64,000 nucleotides of DNA from Tubulanus polymorphus (lineage: Eukaryota > Animalia > Nemertea), in assembly GCF_964204645.1 (NCBI RefSeq), contig NC_134029.1, positions 1,984,001 through 2,048,000 of the forward strand, read 5' to 3'. The translations under genes and the position numbers were made by a program. Of this stretch, positions 1 through 22,299 are shown in pieces; position 1 is the first letter of the stretch, and each line of letters begins with the position of its first letter. A model generated the notes under the pieces. That model did not search any database. It saw only the letters and a program-made list of their open reading frames with translations, and was not told the origin of the DNA.

Positions 1-2542
1 AGTGCGAAAATAAACATCGACGCAGATTAAAAAACATGCAGCCACATGAGTTTTATCGAATATGACAAAAGATGACCATGAACCGCGCGATAAGCTTCAT
101 TTAAAATCAACTTTATTCGATTGTTGGTAAAAATATCAAATTCAAGAATAACAAAATACATGACAAATACATGGAGTATATGAGAGACTTGGAGAGTGGT
201 AATGAGTGACTGGATCGCTCTTTTACGATCTATTGGCAATCTTCATCCCTTTTGACCAGTATTGTTAAATATAAATAGCTATTTTCTGTTCCGAGACGTT
301 CAGACACTGAGAAGATTAGTTCAATTTCCACCAGAGACAATTTAAGCCCAATCATCAATAATGTCTTATTTCCTTTCAGAGAATGCTCATTTTCTATTTT
401 TTTGGCTCTTATTCGATATATATTTTTCACAGGCATCTTCTTATCTGCATCCTCGTTAGATATTGATAACAAGTACTAAACTATTTGGTTTTTTCTTCAG
501 ATCCAAATTCAAGCGCATAAAAAGAGCCCCAGTCATAGATTGCTTTATCTTCAATAGTGTTTTTCAGTTGAACTGTTTTTCGCATGCAGAGATTCCTTAC
601 CACCACATTCAGAAACCATGATGACACTGACACAGGGCGGTAAGAAACCTGTATAATATCATATCATTTCAAAGAAATAAAATGTAAGGACTTAGCATAA
701 CAAACTAGTAGATCCATGCTGTCGTTATACCAACATACATCTGAGCTTTGGATATATATATACATATATATCAATTAATTAAATCAAGAGATAAATAATT
801 GAGTAAATATTAATGATATGATTGACAAAGCTCACCACTCCAATGCTTTTCTGCGAATGGTTACCGATCAACCGAAGTTGTGGAAATTTAGGCCTCCTGC
901 CATTACCCAGAAATGGTACCTAATACACAATAATTGAGAAGGGCTATGAATACCATATTCATTTTTATTCAAAATCGTAAATTTTCTTAGAAATTCGAAT
1001 TATTTGCTTTTAATGTTATTTGAATTTAGAAGAGTATATGGTGCAAGCTATGATAGAAATATGACTGTGCTAAAGAAATAAGAACCCCCCCCCGGAATAA
1101 AATGATCCCCAGACGACAAAATCCGTTCTTCCTTCTATCAATGTGGTTGTACCCTTTACAGCTCAGCAAAGCCAGTCACATTTCATATTACACGGGTATC
1201 ATCATGGTACTTCACATTAAATGAAGGATAATGTATCAGATCACAATTTGCAACATAATTTTCGATTTGTCCTTGGACCCGAAATCGAAACCAACTGAAA
1301 GAAATTCATCATAAATCGGCCCAATTTAGCACCAAGCATACTGATCCTCACTTAATAAAACTACCTATTAACAATAGCACGAAAACCTATAGTTTTAAAA
1401 CTAAACAAATAAAATATAACTCAAGCCGCAATTGAGAACATAAGCGAATAGAAGTAGCATATGAAAAAAGCGTACTTGACTGAAATGAAAAGAAAGCTCG
1501 TAAATAATCGTGAGAACTTAGATATATTAATCATAACAACCTAATCATAAACTCTCTATAAAACATAGAAAAATTGTACTCGCAAAACGTGACGACCTTA
1601 ACCAAAAATTCATTAAGACTTTATGTTTGATAAAACTTAGTCAACTATGGAGAATAATTCTATCTTATTCATTTATACTTTTAATTTTCAGATTGTCAAC
1701 TAATGATGGTTTGTGTCAATGAGCGATAAATGTTTTTCATCAGTATAAATACACCTAGTTAGTATTATGTAAATAATTTCTCTATGCCGAGTGGTGCATT
1801 TTTAAGTGATTTCACTAAAGAAACTATTACCAAGAACTAAATTCATATAGAAATGAATCCCGATAAAACGATAGTAGCAGCAACGGAGAACAGCAGCCGT
1901 GAAATAACAAACCAACAGATAAAAAACACTGATAAACCGACTTACCTTCTACAATCGGTGAAATATTCAAACATAGAAATTAAATAAACTTGTTAGTTTC
2001 ATTGCATATAGTTTAATACCATGAAAAACCTCTCTTAAATAAATAAATGCATATATTTTTTGTAAGATTTGAAATATAACTACTGGTTACAAAAAACACC
2101 GAACAACCAGCTCATCGGAAGTCGGTTTTGAGTCATAAAATCATTTTCTCAGATACAAATGCAGCTTTAATGCTAATAATGGGTGGGGTATAGATTGATA
2201 ATATAATTATAGATATAACGGTCACAAACTGTCATCAGTAAATCCTTCATAGATACTGCTCACTGACTGATAATACGCTACTTATCATTTAGTCCTCCGA
2301 GATGAAAAAACCTTCACAGGCTTGAGATAATAGCAAAGAAATGCGATACCTAATTTTTCCAGTAGCGAACATTTCACCAATAACGTAGCAATAGAAACTA
2401 CTTATCATACAGTGAACAGTAATTCAACAAGTCTCATCAACACATATGAAGCATACGCAGTATTATTACTGAGGAAACATACATCATATTAAAAAACACG
2501 AAGACATGTATTATTCATAAATTCAAGCTCAAAGAATCACAC

Positions 2543-2728
<186 letters not shown>

Positions 2729-4106
2729 TGTACATTAATCTTTTTGAAATAGTAGAATACAATGATCATCGCAGAACTGTAGCATGAACAGTGTTATATA
2801 GAAAAACGATATCATAACCGATATATATATATGTTAGTACACGAGGGTATCGTGAAAAATTATATTGAAGAAAAAAATAATTTGTAGATGAATGATTCGA
2901 TCAGGTTGATACCTGAAATAGCGTATATACATATATATATACGCGAATGAAAACAACTTTGTATCATTAACTCGTAATTTGTGGAATGAAATCCTTGAGA
3001 AAATCATTCATACGTTGCCAGGATTAACGATGATGATTCTCTGAAGTGAAGTGAAAAAGATTTTCACCGACGAAATCAGTAACTGAGCGAATTCAGACAT
3101 GTAACATATAATACTCGCGTAACCAAAAATACCTCAACCAACCCAAGCACATGACAAATGCATTTAATACATACAGGTAACTTGCATCCTGAACCTTTTA
3201 ACTTGATGCTAATGATATTGAACTGGTTTTTGATACTATAATCAGGTAGGTGGGTGAGGAGGTGAAGGGCGTGTAGTCTAATGGATGGATCTCTGTGTAC
3301 AATAATGAATTCTTTGATCATGCAAAAACAAGCTACGTACATAATGCAAAGGTAGGACATGGATGATGAAACTGAAAATATGGACACACTTACTTTCTTA
3401 TAAATAAAATTTTCATCGACCTACAAAATCATGCAATATCAACAGATATATAACTCAAAAATAAGACGCTGAATTTCAGCGTGATGGATTCCCATGATAG
3501 GAACTCATTTAAGTAGTTTCCGATGAACAGAATTAAAAATCAAGAGGAAAACTCAACATATTTTAATTCGATAATGGAAAAAACTGTGTTTAGGAGAAGC
3601 ATCTTGGCAAATGATATGGAAAAGTGAATTGTTACTCGAGGACCTAAGAATAATGTAAACGATAAAGCTTAATTGAATTGAATTGGCGTAATAAAAGATC
3701 GAATCCAATTGAGCTGGATAACAGTTTCCTGATAAACCCCGATAGAATTATACCCATAATTAACATTCATGCAGTTAGACATGATGTCTCTTATCAAATC
3801 ATCAACATCTCATAAACAATGTACACTTATATATACATGTATATATTCAGGGAACCAGGGGATGAATAACCACAAATTAGCAATGAGCAATAGGCAGAGA
3901 AAGAGAGCGAGAGAGAGACAGCAGTCAATACTTTCTATCAACTCTTCCATCATATAAAGAAATAACCACTAGTATTTAACATTGGTCATTTTATCTGCAT
4001 AAAGCGCTATTACAACATTTTTGACGAGGTGGTGCTGGTCATTCCATATTAGTCAAGTTTCTAACAAAAATATAGCTACAGACGCACACACTACATTATA
4101 ACATAC

Positions 4107-12666
<8,560 letters not shown>

Positions 12667-13546
12667 GGCTTATCGTCTACTAACCGCTCATCGAGAACCC
12701 GCGTTTATGCAGCAATATGTGACACAGCGCTTTATTGCAGTACTTCTACAGATACTGACAGCTGCTGTCATCAATATACGGCAATTTACTTCCTGGTTGG
12801 TGGCGCTACGTTCTGGAGGAAATCGCCCGCTATTCCTCGCATGCCACAAGTGGATCCCCGGTTGCCACAATAGACGTGCATCAGCCGGAATACGACTCGG
12901 ACGTTTGGTTAACATTTCGGGGCCAGCGTCTATGATTTTTGACTGTGGTGATCTTAACTATTTATTGACAAATACCCACTATATTATCCTGGACTAAGTT
13001 GCACAGTCGTGACTTAGGTCTTAATGGCTATGTACCAAAATGTTCTCACACGTAACGGTCGTCTTGTCCTCGTCGACCACAGTGACGCCGTGGGCCCCCA
13101 AAGAATACACCACCTTCTAACATGATGCGATTGGGGATATTCTATACAAAAACTGACTCAGAGAGTTCGCACTGTACACCGGTCCGACCGCGACACACAC
13201 TGTGAGCTGTTCATCCGTTTTACTATGCAGCATGCTGACACAGTCTGATTGATAGATACATAAATTTTTGTCGTAATTCTTTTTGAATTTAAGACCTTCA
13301 TGCAAAGCTGCAGCATCGGGAAATAAAAACTGAACATTTCAAGAACTGAAATTAATGATTTTGATAAAAAGCGTGGTTTTTATGAGAAGAAATTCATTGA
13401 ATATAATGCAGAACTCTCCACAGAATAATCCAAACCTCGATCCCAACACGTAAATTCCTGACATGCGCAAAGCGCGAACCTTGAACATTATGACGTGTGT
13501 GGTCATTGTGTCCATTGTGACCTGCACTGGTTTGATCCAGCGCAGG

Positions 13547-13557
13547 AAAATGGCGGC
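13547..13557 (+). promoter_or_regulatory. YY1-type motif AAAATGGCGGC at a putative plus-strand transcription start, divergent from the FERM gene
   Basis: Exact AAAATGGCGGC, followed ~95 bp later by a consensus donor GTAAGT (13651); ~880 bp from the FERM ATG. Confidence 0.45.
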
Positions 13558-14182
13558 CTCCAAAATAAATCACACCACATAAAAACCGTACAATTTCCCA
13601 AACATTACCAGCCTCCCTTCACACCCCACAATTCAATATTTCAATATTCGGTAAGTGTTTATCACATGAAATGATATAAATGTATTTAACCACAGATATT
13701 GCGGGTAACCAATATTTGACCACCATGGGCCTCACACCTCACTCTGTACTGTAATTTAAATTTCATTCTGAAATTATTCTCCAAAATGTGAATTAGTTTT
13801 GGTGAATTCCATGTAAATTCATTCTGTTTTTATTGTGTTTTAAAAGTATCAAGCGTTCTGTTTTCATTTGTAGACGTGTAAAACCATTTTATGTAGAATT
13901 GACACCAGAAACAGAAAGGTAATTTCATCTTTTTAATGTTTTCTTCGTCAGTTTCAGAAGCAGATAATATTCATAATACTGTTTCGTCATTAGTTTCTCT
14001 TTTTATATTTACGTTCAACTCAGCAGCGAAACCTAAACCTCAGATAGAAAAACCGCCTGATGAACAATTTGATTTGTAAGTTATAAATTCTATAATTCTG
14101 CAGTTATTTCTAAGGAAAGAAACCAATCCTGGATTTGTCTAATTATAGGTATCACTTTACAATGGGAACTTGGATTCAGCAC

Positions 14183-14376
14183 ATCAGATTTGCTTGGATT
14201 CTGCACAGGACAACAAGGAATCACTGTTTTACAATCAGACTTGCATGGATTCTGCACAGGACAACAAGGAATCACTGTTTTACAATCAGACTTGCTTGGA
14301 TTCTGCACAGACATCAAGGGATCAGTGTTTTACAATCAGACTTGCTTGGATTTTGCACAGGACAACAAGAATCACT
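14183..14376. repeat. 51-bp minisatellite, ~3.8 copies
   Basis: ATCAGACTTGCATGGATTCTGCACAGGACAACAAGGAATCACTGTTTTACA repeated; explains the 17-aa periodic ORFs. Confidence 0.95.
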
Positions 14377-14884
14377 AAATGGAAATTCAAGATAAGTTAC
14401 ATTTATTTTTATTTATCAGTTGTTGATTTGTTTCAAGGAACCAGTTTTACAGTGTTATAAATCATGTTTTGAAATGATATCACAGTGACTTGTTGCATTT
14501 GGTTCAATCCATTCTGATTTCCCCCACTGATATTGGTGCATATTTGGTAAGGATTAGTTCATGTTGGTTAGTTTTGCTAAACCGGGTTTCCTACTGCGAT
14601 TTACTCAAATGTTATTACTAATCTATATAAAACTGGTTCCGGATGTCAATAATACAACTGTTATTTAAATCATGTTCCTTCGTGACAATCACATTTGTAT
14701 AGAATTTCTGTAGATTAAACTGCTGTACTCAGTTACAGATACATGTAACATTGTGTACAGATACATAGTAAAGATCACTGCATTACTTCATCTTGCGATT
14801 GAACAGTGATTTAATGTTCTCTCATCTTCATTAGATTCTCATCCGTCTAACTAAAACATCAGAACATTTCAACTCACCTAACCG

Positions 14885-15080
14885 CGGGGTTCGGGGAGGT
14901 TGGGTAGGGTTGGGGGGAGGGATGGGGTGAGGGAGGGTGGGAGGGAAGGGGTGCGGGAGGGGGGAGGGAAGGGGTGCGGGAGGGGGAGGGATGGGGTCTG
15001 GGAGGGTGGGAGGGACAGTGTGAGGGAGGGTGGGGAGACATTGGGCTGAGGGAGGGCTGGGAGGGCTGGGAGGGATGGTA
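14885..15080 (+). repeat. G-rich GGGAGGG-type tract (G-quadruplex-forming pattern)
   Basis: Many G3+ runs with short loops. Confidence 0.85.
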
Positions 15081-16149
15081 GTCTAGGTAGTTATTTTTGG
15101 TGTTAAACTAGGCCTATAGGATATTTCAGGAAATGTGTCGTATCTTTATATTGTATTCTAGTAGATAAACAAATAGGATAAATCAGAATAAGACACCTTC
15201 ACAGTCGATTACCAGAACGGGACTTTCATAACTCTGCGATTTTTAGGGCCATTATTCAAGTTGGCCACGAATGAGTTATTTATGATTGAGCAGAATCTTT
15301 ACTCGCCTCCAGCAGTACGTGGCACCGATACGTATCGCAATTTATAGATAGATATCCTTAATCAGTAGTAATCATAGTGTTTTCAAAAAGAAATTTTCGG
15401 AAATGAACTGTATAATTTATAGGTGAAACGATGATGATACGGATTGGCGATTTATGGACTGTTTGTGTCTTATTCGTTTTCATACAGAATAAGGATGCGA
15501 GCTAATAACACTTATACAGTATAAAGAAATCTTTCATTTTTACTCTATTTCAAAGTCGCAGAGTGAAAAGTAAACACGCATAGAATAGATTAAGTGAACA
15601 GATCTGTAATTTCAGTTTTCAACCCTTTCACTAGGTTGAGAGTAGTTTGAGAGTAGTTTGGTGTAAGAGCTGCCGTTTTGATAAAATGCACATCGTAGTT
15701 GCACGGATAAGGATTATTTCTGTGTTTGAGGTTTTTGAGAATCCTCGATTATTAAAAGAATCTTGACGATATTTACTGGTGGGATCGGGAAACTCGTGAA
15801 CTCCATTTCAAGGGGATAGAGTTTCTTCTCACATATTCGTTAACAGTAGAAATTGTAGATTTATTTCTCTTAGTTACAGCTATTTTATTTTGCCATTTTT
15901 CACGATCATATCAGTTTATAAATGTTGCAGTTATCAATCAGTGTTTCACATAGACTTTGATCAATGTGTCTATCATTCGAGACTTTAATTATTAGTGAAT
16001 TATTTCTGAAATTTACACAGATTTTGATGAACTCATTCACTGTATAATCATTGACTTTATACACGTGATCAAAACATGCAACGCTCAATATCATGTTATG
16101 TGTGCTGTGGTGATATAATCTCTTTGGTGCCGAATCAAAAACTTTGAAC

Positions 16150-16725
16150 CGAACCAGAGCCATGGACCAAACTCTGCCTCTAGGGGTCTTCAGCCCAGCC
16201 CTTGATTCCCTCACTAACCCAGAGCCATGTACCAAATTTTGACTCTTTGGTCACTAAACCAGGGTCATGGACCTAACCTTGACTCTTAGTCCCCAAACCA
16301 GGGCCATGGACCAAATTTTGACTCTTTGGTCACTAAACCAGGGCCATGGACCTATGGACCAAACCGTGACTCTTTAGTCCCCAAACCAGAGCCATGGACC
16401 AAATTTTGACTCTTTGGTCACTAAACCAGGGCCATGGACCAAACTTTGACTTTTTGGTCCCCGAACCAGAGCCATGGGCCAAATTTTGACTATCTTTGGT
16501 CACTAAACCAGGGTCATGGACCTAACCTTGTCTCTTATTCCCCAAACCAGGGCCATGGACCAAATTTTGACTCTTTGGTCACTAAAGCAGGGCCATGGAC
16601 CAATGGACCAAACCTTGACTCTTTAGTCCCCAAACCAGAGCCATGGACCAAATTTTGACTCTTTGGTCACTAAACCAGGGCCATTGACCAAACTTTGACT
16701 CTTAGGTCCCCAAACCAGGGCCATG
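16150..16725. repeat. 39/40-bp minisatellite with alternating (dimeric) units and internal hairpin
   Basis: CCATGGACCAAATTTTGACTCTTTGGTCACTAAACCAGGG alternating with CCATGGACCTAACCTTGACTCTTAGTCCCCAAACCAGGG; GACCAAA/TTTGGTC are complementary. Confidence 0.92.
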
Positions 16726-17796
16726 AATAAAAAAATGTATTTCTGTTGTCTTCACGAATCTATTTTGAGAATGAAATAATTTACGTGTGGGACTAATGAC
16801 GGTGTACACTGTAGACAATGTTGTATATATATATCAATGCTGCTGCTGCTGCTGCTGCTACTACTACTGGTTTTATCAGCAACTCCGAGACATTCTCTAA
16901 AATTAACATATCTTACTGCCACTGACTACTGTTACACTTGATCCCAGTCGGAACTGACGAGTGTCGGTGAGAGGCCAATATGAGGAAAATAAAAGCCATG
17001 CGAAAAGAAAAGTATGAAGCGAACGTGTGAGCTTTTATAGCCACAAAATAAAACAGCATAAAATGCTGTTATAAAGAGTGGGGTCCGAGAGCAATTCGAA
17101 GGTTTAGTGTCCTGCACGCTTAGAGGGCGGGCAGGGGTCTATTCCTACCTCGACTCAAAAACACAAAATACTGAGAAACGTTCGCAAAAGATAAGAATAG
17201 AAAGTAAAAATGGAAAAATGGCAAATGACTGAATAAATGGCCGGAGTTTTATTTTGTTCCACTGGGTTTAAGTGTAACTTGAACAGACAATCAAACAGAT
17301 TGTTTATTATTAGACATCAGGAGTCTATAATTGATAATTGATAAATCTGAATGAATAGAATTATGTAAAACAACTCGCTGTATTGTAAAACCTCTAGTAG
17401 ACAGTATTGAAATGTCTATCAACTGTCATTAGTCCACAATAGTTTCATAATATGAGTGATTGGTTGAATTCGTGAAGCAGCATAAATAACCTCTAGATGA
17501 ATCAATCATCATTGTTGTAGTTGATTTGTGTTCCACGCTCCTCACAACATTGTCAGTTTGTAGTTTAGTGAACCCTTCACACCTACCCTTCATACCTTAC
17601 AGTATTGATGTTACGTTGAGTTCCTCAGGTTTGGTTTGAGAATTTGCAGATGAAAACAACTTAAACTCGCTCCATTTGATAATCTGATTTCGATTTGTTT
17701 ATGAAATTGATGTGATCGTAAAAAATGGCAAATTGTTTTCAAGTTGAGTGGTGTCAGAGGAAGAGACAGAGTTGAGGAAGCTTTATGGGGCATTGA

Positions 17797-18020
17797 GTGA
17801 GGGAGGGAGGGCCAGGTGGGGGGCATTGAGGGAGGGTGGTCCAGGTGGGAGGGCATTGAGGGAGGGAGGGGTGGGGTGCGGGAGGGTGGGAGGGAAGGGG
17901 TCCGGGAGGGAAGGGGGAGGGAAGGGGTCTGGGAGGGGGGAGGGAAGGGGTCCGGGAGGGCGGGAGGGAAGGGGTCCGGGAGGGCGGGAGGGATGGGTTC
18001 CGGGAGGGTCGGGTCGGGAG
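17797..18020 (+). repeat. G-rich tract (GGGAGGGAAGGGGTCC units), G4 pattern
   Basis: Directly visible; homologous to 20538-20735. Confidence 0.9.
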
Positions 18021-18287
18021 GTTAGATGAGTTGAAATGTTCTGATGTTTTAGTTAGACGGATGAGAATCTAATGAAGATGAGAGAACATTAAATCACTGT
18101 TCAATCACAAGATGAAGTAATGCAGTGATCTTTACTCTGTATCTGTACACAATGTTACATGTATCTGTAACTGAGTACAGCAGTTTAATCTACAGAAATT
18201 CTTATTGTAAATTTCTCTACTGAATTCTCTGTTTATGTCTTGAACAAAAAACTAATGTTTTACACTCATTTCAGGATGAGATGAAGT

Positions 18288-18289
<2 letters not shown>

Positions 18290-18361
<72 letters not shown>

Positions 18362-18376
18362 CAGCAGCAGCAACAG
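18290..18376 (+). repeat. (CAG)23-CAT-(CAG)3 trinucleotide tract; copy 2 has (CAG)8 at 21005-21028
   Basis: Directly visible. Confidence 0.95.
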
Positions 18377-19474
18377 TAGGTAAAACCCATCTGGAAATTC
18401 ACAGAATTCAATATTTCAGAACTTACTATTCTTGTTTATAATTTCAGGAATCAATCACTGAACGATCCCAGCTCATTTTGAGCCGAGTTTTCAATCATAT
18501 CAATCAAGGTTCTTGCTTTTCATCCATATTTTCAATGGAAAAAGGCTATGATGATTTTGGAGCCTTAGAATTCTGCACCTCCAGATCGAAAAGGAAAAGG
18601 AAAGTGGTGAGTTTTTGATATGGTTTGAAACTGCTCTTAATATATTACAACTTATGTATGTTTGCTTCTATATGCAAATTCTGTATTCAAGGGGTCGAAA
18701 TGAAGCAGAACTTGGACAAGTCTGCAAACAGTAAACATTGCGCTCTAAGAATCAAACAAAGTCTATAGTAGTGAGTTTTATATCGATTTATTGCAGTAAT
18801 TTGTGGTGATTTATCAGTTATAATTAAACTGTTTCTTATTTTTGTCTGATATCTATTGATTTATCTCCAAATCAAGTCAGGAAAATGGTGGATTTTTAAA
18901 GGGTAAATAAGACGAAAGTCAAAAGCTACCATCAAATACCTCAGAAATCTGCATCACTCAACACATTGTGATAAACAACTCAAAAACCTGGTAGGTTTTC
19001 TGTCAATCGAACGCAGCCAAGCCGCAGTTTCTATTTATTTCACTAATGATTTTCTGGCATTATTTTCTTTTTTCAGAATACGATGCACCAAACACAAATT
19101 GCAGCAGGGGAAATTAGAATATTCACCTTCAAAGAGTGAAGAAGCTCTTGTTGTTGGCTGAGGCTGCTGTTATTTCTTCAAAACAAACTAAGTAATTTTC
19201 TCTACATAATTCAACCTAGTTCTCGCTAGTTATAAAACTTAACGGTTCAATTATTTACGTATTCATTTTTTCAGGAAATCATCAGTGCTCTTAACTTATG
19301 ACATTAACTGAAATCCTGCTATAGAAATTGTATGCATCGTCAAAATGGCACTTAACTAATCTGATACATGTTTAGAAATGGTGAGTTTTACTCTAATTTG
19401 ATAATAACTTAAAAATTCATTATTCTATACAGTATTTTTATGTGTTATTCTCTAGAAAGTTCTGTAAGAAGTGG

Positions 19475-19588
19475 CTACTGCTGGTGCTGCTGCTGCCCTC
19501 AGCTCACTGCTGCTGCTGCTCACTGCTACTGCTGCTGCTGTTGCTGCTTCTGCTGGTGCTGTCCCAATCAAATCTACTGCTGCTGCTA

Positions 19589-19661
<73 letters not shown>

Positions 19662-19670
19662 TGCTGCTGC
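19475..19670 (+). repeat. CTG-rich tract with pure (CTG)22 at 19592-19657; copy 2 at ~22123-22322 with (CTG)9
   Basis: Directly visible. Confidence 0.95.
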
Positions 19671-20537
19671 CCCAATCAAATCTACCGGATAATACTGTGG
19701 ACAATAAACTACTACAATAGTCAAAACAAGTAAGAAAAATAGTAATTTCCAGAATAACACACAAACACGTGACGTCTCTTTATTTCACTAATAGTTTTCT
19801 CTTTACAGAATGAAATCCACGCAGCACCAGAATTTACAGCTCAAAAAACCTCATTCAAAGTTCACCTTTAAACATATTGCTAGATCCTCCTCACACGCAG
19901 CAGGACAATTCTGCAAACAAGTGAAACGAAAGCCGTGAGATTTAATCTAAATTTGCTCTTATTCCATAACAATTTAATTGACAATTTGTAACATTGATAC
20001 ATTTGTTTTTAGGAGGCAAAATAAACGGAACATTTGACAGAATCTGTGAACAGTAAACATCGCGAATTCACCGAACATTTGTAAATGATGGACATCCAGA
20101 TCCTCAAAACAAATACCGGTAAATATCTCTACAGATTGGTATTAAGTAATTTCCTGATAAGACTAAGTATTTCCACCAGGATACAGATCAAAGAGATTTG
20201 GCGAGGAGCGTTCTTCTTCGCTGCCTTTTATTTGAAGGATGTTTCAGGACAGTTGGGTTGTATCTATAGGCGGTGGGCCCGGCTGTCATTGCTCAGGGTG
20301 TGTGTGTGTGAGTTTTTCGTTCGGGGTCAGCTCATTCCGATTTGCATTCCATTCCTCCATCCGATCAGTTTGATCCGGATCAAAGCGATTGATGTTTGTT
20401 TTGTTTTCATTTTGGAACTTTGCAGCCTTTTTTTCGGCAGCTGGGAGTCTCTGGCCGGTTATTCGGTGGGAAGTGTTTTTGGGAGTTCCTTCTCTTTCAT
20501 GGGCTGTGAGACACATTTTTGGGAGCCTTTTCCACCG

Positions 20538-20735
20538 GGAGGGAAGGGGTGTGGGAGGGGGGAGGGAAGGGGTGTGGGAGGGGGGAGGGAAGGGGTGTGG
20601 GAGGGGGGAGGGAAGGGGTCCGGGAGGGCGGGAGGGAAGGGGTCCGGGAGGGCGGGAGGGAAGGGGTCCGGGAGGGAAGGGGTCCGGGAGGGCGGGAGGG
20701 GGTTGGGATGGGTTTCGGGAGGGTCAAATCGGGAG
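20538..20735 (+). repeat. G-rich tract at the junction of the 2.7-kb duplication
   Basis: GGGAGGGAAGGGGTGT/GGGTCC units. Confidence 0.9.
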
Positions 20736-22258
20736 GTTAGATGAGTTGAAATGTTCTGATGTTTTAGTGAGACGGATAAGAATCTAATGAAGATGAGAGA
20801 ACATTAAATCACTGTTCAATCACAAGATGAAGTAATGCAGTGATCTTTACTATGTATCTGTACACAATGTTACATGTATCTGTAACTGAGTACAGCAGTT
20901 TAATCTACAGAGATTTTTATTGTAAATTTCTCTACTGAATTCTCTGTTTATCTCTTGAACAAAAAACTAATGTTTTACACTCATTTCAGGATGAGATGAA
21001 GTAGCAGCAGCAGCAGCAGCAGCAGCAGGTAAAACCCATCTGGAAATTCACAGAATTCAATATTTCAGAACTTACTATTCTTGTTTATAATTTCAGGAAT
21101 CAATCACTGAACATTCTCAGCTCATTTTGAGCCGAGTTTTCAATCATATCAATCAAGGTTCTTGCTTTTCATCCATATTTTCAATGGAAAAAGGCTATGA
21201 TGATTTTGGAGCCTAAGAATTCTGCACCTCCAGATCGAAAAGGAAAATGGTGAGTTTTTGATATATGGTTTGAAACTGCTCTTAATATATTACAACTTAT
21301 GTATGTTTGCTTCTATATACAAATTCTGTATTCAAGGGGTCGAAATGAAGCAGAACTTGGACAAATCTGCAAACAGTAAACATTGCGCTCTAAGAATCAA
21401 ACAAAGTCTAAAGTAGTGAGTTTTATATCGATTTATTGCAGTAATTTGTGGTGATTTATCAGTTATAATTAAACTATTTCTTATTTTTGTCTGATATCTA
21501 TAGATTTATCTCCAAATCAAGTCAGGAAAATGGTGGATTTTTAAAGGGTAAATAAGACGAAAGTCAAAAGCTACCATCAAATACCTCAGAAATCTGCATC
21601 ACTCAACACATTGTGATAAACAACTCAAAAACCTGGTAGGTTTTCTGTCAATCGAACGCAACCAAGCCGCAGTTTCTATTTATTTCACTAATGATTTTCT
21701 GGCATAATTTTCTCTTTTCAGAATACGATGCACCAAACATAAATTGCAGCAGGGGAAATTAGAATATTCACCTTCAAAGAGTGAAGAAGCTCTTGTTGTT
21801 GGCTGAGGCTGCTGTTATTTCTTCAAAACAAACTAAGTAATTTTCTCTACATAATTCAACCTAGTTCTCGCTAGTTATAAAACTTAACGGTTCAATTATT
21901 TACGTATTCATTTTTTCAGGAAATCATCAGTGCTCTTAACTTATGACATTAACTGAAATCCTGCTATAGAAATTGTATGCATCGTCAAAATGGCACTTAA
22001 CTAATCTGATACATGTTTAGAAATGGTGAGTTTTACTCTAATTTGATAATAACTTAAAAATTCATTATTCTATACAGTATTTTTGTGTGTTATTCTCTAG
22101 AAAGTTCTGTAAGAAGTGGTTACTGCTGGTGCTGCTGCTGCCCTCAGCTCACTGCTGCTGCTGCTCACTGCTACTGCTGCTCACTGCTACTGCTGCTGCT
22201 GTTGCTGCTTCTGCTGGTGCTGTCCCAATCAAATCTACTGCTGCTGCTACTTTTGCTG

Positions 22259-22299
<41 letters not shown>

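Larger units (their letters stand above)
14701..18202. repeat. ~182-bp inverted repeat pair (14701-14883 vs 18020-18202) enclosing ~3.1 kb; possible TIR/foldback element
   Basis: AGAATTTCTGTAGATTAAACTGCTG...AACTCACCTAACC is the near-perfect reverse complement of GGTTAGATGAGTT...CAGAAATTCT; TAT flanks both outer ends. Confidence 0.85.

Noticed and set aside
27-472. ORFs 27-239 and 230-472 as the C-terminal/TM part of the FERM protein
   Set aside because: The remaining FERM-C/FA exons (…CKHLWKC…) were not found upstream of them in the window, and no convincing similarity or splice connection was seen.
18380-20010. snoRNA host gene explanation for the ORF-less spliced unit
   Set aside because: No convincing C/D (RTGATGA...CTGA) or H/ACA structure seen by eye in the short introns examined; snoscan/Infernal would settle it.
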